From positions 310,001-374,000 of the forward strand of contig JALMLS010000322.1 of the NCBI GenBank assembly GCA_038496445.1: a stretch of DNA of 64,000 nucleotides. Direction: 5' to 3'. A program made the position numbers and the translations under genes. This document shows positions 61,126 through 64,000 of the stretch, piece after piece. The notes beneath the pieces are model-generated. The model worked only from the letters and a program-made list of their open reading frames with translations. It was not told the DNA's origin and did not search any database. Position 1 is the first letter of the stretch. The number at the start of each line of letters is the position of its first letter. This stretch comes from Trichosphaerium sp. ATCC 40318. Taxonomy: Eukaryota > Protista > Tubulinea.

Positions 61126-64000
61126 TTAAAAACTGACTGGATTTCCTCTGTGAAGTGTCCATATTTTGGCTCTGAAGTCGTCACCTACTTCTCTGCAACC
61201 TCCACAACACTCTATTTTCGTCAAGCACTTACAGGTGACGCGCTCCCTTGACTTTCTTGTTAAAACAATGTCACTGCAATCAGGATCTAAAGACGCAGCC
61301 AAAGCACACTCTTCCAACGCAAAGTTGTATATATTGTACTGTGAACGACCTGTCATACTAAGTGATTTAAAACAGCCGCTCTGTTCTCCGTTTTTGCATG
61401 TCATTCTAGAGTTCCTTCTTCTCCAGAAGTCCATACCATCGCAATACCTTCTATCTGTTTTAAGATGCAACCTTGGTGGATCATAAGGAGGTGTAGAAAC
61501 AGGGTCCAAATCACAGTTTCTGCATTCTGATGATATTGGCCATCTAGGTACACGCGTTATATTCTTGTTTAAGTTCATAGCATTGCAAGAGATGCATTCT
61601 CTGCCGTGTCTCCAAGGGATATCCTGATGCATTGGAGGAATCTCCAAGTTAGGAAAATGACGTCCTTCCCCTTTAACATAGCAAGTGGATTGGTATGCTG
61701 GGTCTCCTGGTAGTACTACTTCTGTAGAGCTTAATGTGTCTGTTCCATCTCTTGGTCTTAGAGCGTAACAAATTAAGACGTCTTTTGGATCTTCTCCTTG
61801 GCGTCTAACATCTTCAGCATTAATAATATTCTTGCAAGCGTCAGGTAGAAGATTCACTTGGTCGATATATCTGTTGGTTATCTCTAGAGGTACGACAGCA
61901 AATCCGCGACAGAAGTTTCCTGTACAACCACCTTTACATACATCAAGGTTATCAGCGTATACTCTTTCACAATCTATACATAATGAGTTAGCATAAATGC
62001 TCGCTTTAAAAATCACGTGATACGCTGATATTATTTTGTCGTTTTTTCTATTTGTTTGTTCACAGCTAAAAGTTGACGTACTGAATACTCTCACTGGATC
62101 TGGGAAGTAACAATGATCTATACGGCTTCAAAGAAAGTTAGTTAATTGCTGATAGAAACAAACGTACGTGTATCCACTGCCTGTTGATGGGAGACCATAT
62201 TTGTGCTCCACCTGTTCCTCTGCAAGGTCAACGTCAACACAGTCATAGTATCCAGCCCATCTCCATTGAACAATGTATCCTCCTTTACCGCCACGGCCAG
62301 GAATAGATATCTGCGTCATATCAACAGAACCTGGTCTATCAGCTAGATGTGGAGCTCTGAACATAGCTTCGACAAAAGGCATACTAGGATGAACATATTC
62401 TGCGTAGTTATCGGTTGAATGCGCATCAGCATACTCGAATAGTTTACCAAAACCTGGCCAGACTCCGAACGAACTTGGCCTTGGGATAAAGTCAGGAGAT
62501 GTTGCTTCGATCTCTCTCTTAAATAGAACATCATCCTCAATTCTGCGTCTATCTATTAGGCGTCTGTGGTAGAGAGGAATACTTGAAAGAGCAGAAGCTG
62601 GTGCGTCGTTAAAATACTGAAGAGTTCTTCCTCTTGATAGTTTTCGGAGCAAGTGTTCATTTTCAGCTTTGATGATAACAAGCGTAGAAGTGAAGGCATG
62701 TCCTGAAGCCCATTCAACTTGAAATTTTTGGTCTGGACCGACTTGTACGTGAGGAGATGAATGTACTCTTGGTGGGCATGGCCGCTCTGTACTGGCAAGG
62801 AGTTTTGCTCTGCAGTTGCTTGCCATCCAGTTATGAGCATGTGATCCGGTTGGGAAAGTTATCAAGGAGATTAGGAATAGAGATAGGACAATAGAAGAAG
62901 TCATCTTCGCGTTCTTTGAATGTGTTGTCAAACCAATAAGAGCGAGGAACATAAAAAGATGTGATGTTGATGCTTTTGTTGCAGGTGAATTTGCACCTCT
63001 TCCGCCTACTACAGCGGTTCCAGGAGCTGTTGTAGTACGATCACACTTACATAATCGATGACTAGGCAAGGTGTTAGCACTTAGTTTTTTGGCAGAAAGA
63101 AAAGAAGAACTAAAACAAAAAAAGCGTACCCATCAGCGCTATCGTCGGATTTTGAATCGCACGTGACGGCATCAGTATTACGTCCTGTTTCTTCACATTT
63201 TGGCTCGTCGTAGTAGCATAGATGATCAGGGCCGCTAGTAGCACCAAGAGCGTTGCAACTGCTAATAAATGGAAGCTCGCAAGGAATAGATTGAGGAATT
63301 ATCTTGTCGGCTATGGACTGCCCGTTGTTTATCCACTCCATCTGAACTTGATCACAAAGAAGTCCTTCTTCACTACAACGTTCTGTACAGGACTGACCAA
63401 TCTAATAAAGAGTTAAATTGAGAGTTGGTTCCTCAATCGAATTGTTGCTTGCTGTTCAGCAAAACTGACTACGAACCTCTGTTTGGAACCACGTTTGTGC
63501 TGGTTTTTCTTGTGACGATTCAGTGAGAGTCAAAGGTCCATTATCGCCGTTAGGCCAATAAAATGCACCGCTATTTGCTGGCCCTTGTTTGATTAAACAG
63601 TGAAACGTTACTTTTCCTGTTCCACGTGCTGGAGCCCTCCATTTAAAAGTACTGTGAAGGGCTTTTACTGAAGCATCATTGTGCATCAAACTGTGACGAC
63701 ACGAATGAGTATCAGGGAACGGAAGTTTAAAGAAAGCTTAGAAAAAGCATTAGAAAAAGACAATCAACTTAGTTTAGAATTTGGTATTCCAAAACTAATC
63801 ACGTGCGAGTTTTCACTGCCAAAAAAAAAAGACTCTGGTGCTTTGAAAGCAGTATTGGTTTGGTTAGTGATACCTCAGTACTAAAGAGAAAAGCGAAAAA
63901 CAAAGATGTCACGTGATTTCACAAAAAAAAGAGTACACAAAAAACGTACGTGTTGGATCTTCTGGTAAAACCCATTCACCGGTTCTAATTCCGGCTTCAT
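61126..64000 (-). CDS. Reeler domain + Cys-rich linker + two hydrophobic segments + LPMO-like (His-brace) domain + Cys-rich/PAN-like tail; 5' end outside the window
   Basis: FKWRAPARGTGKVTFHCLIKQG (Reeler). Intron 63062-63129 keeps the frame (DG|HRLCKC). Then IVLSLFLISLITFPTGSHA|HNW...CPP...VEWASGH...YIVQWRWAGYYDCVDVDL, and LEECALAASLDPDC...CKC (PAN/apple-like). Confidence 0.75.

Noticed and set aside
1-64000. tRNA, rRNA, snRNA genes and transposase/RT ORFs
   Set aside because: None recognised by eye. A tRNAscan-SE/Infernal/RepeatModeler run would be needed to exclude them.

Overview
Nuclear genomic DNA of an AT-rich, gene-dense, intron-rich microbial eukaryote. It is most plausibly an amoebozoan-type protist, inferred from a GbpC/D-like cNMP-GRAM-cNMP module, multiple Ras paralogues and amoeba/giant-virus-type F-box, LRR and MORN families. 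Introns are short (about 36-150 nt, mostly GTACGT/GTATGT/GTAAGT...YAG), so most ORF-track entries are exon fragments or antisense shadows. Gene models below were spliced by eye and internal exon boundaries are approximate. About 30 genes or pseudogenes are recognisable. I saw no rRNA, tRNA, CRISPR array or transposase. Highlights: (1) a Reeler-domain protein fused in frame, through an internal signal-peptide-like segment, to a His-brace LPMO-like domain (candidate signal-peptidase-processed polyprotein); (2) a duplicated two-gene F-box/LRR cassette with hypervariable, copy-number-variable 21-22 aa LRR arrays, plus decayed relics; (3) an intact Ras gene naturally carrying G12E and Q61K; (4) strong enrichment of the palindrome CACGTG, including in introns and as GC-type splice donors; (5) several unusual domain fusions (lipoyl-like/TPM/RING-H2; RGS/RhoGAP/cNMP/GRAM/cNMP; ankyrin/PARP-like; EF-hand/UBL; W-rich repeats/PD-(D/E)XK nuclease).
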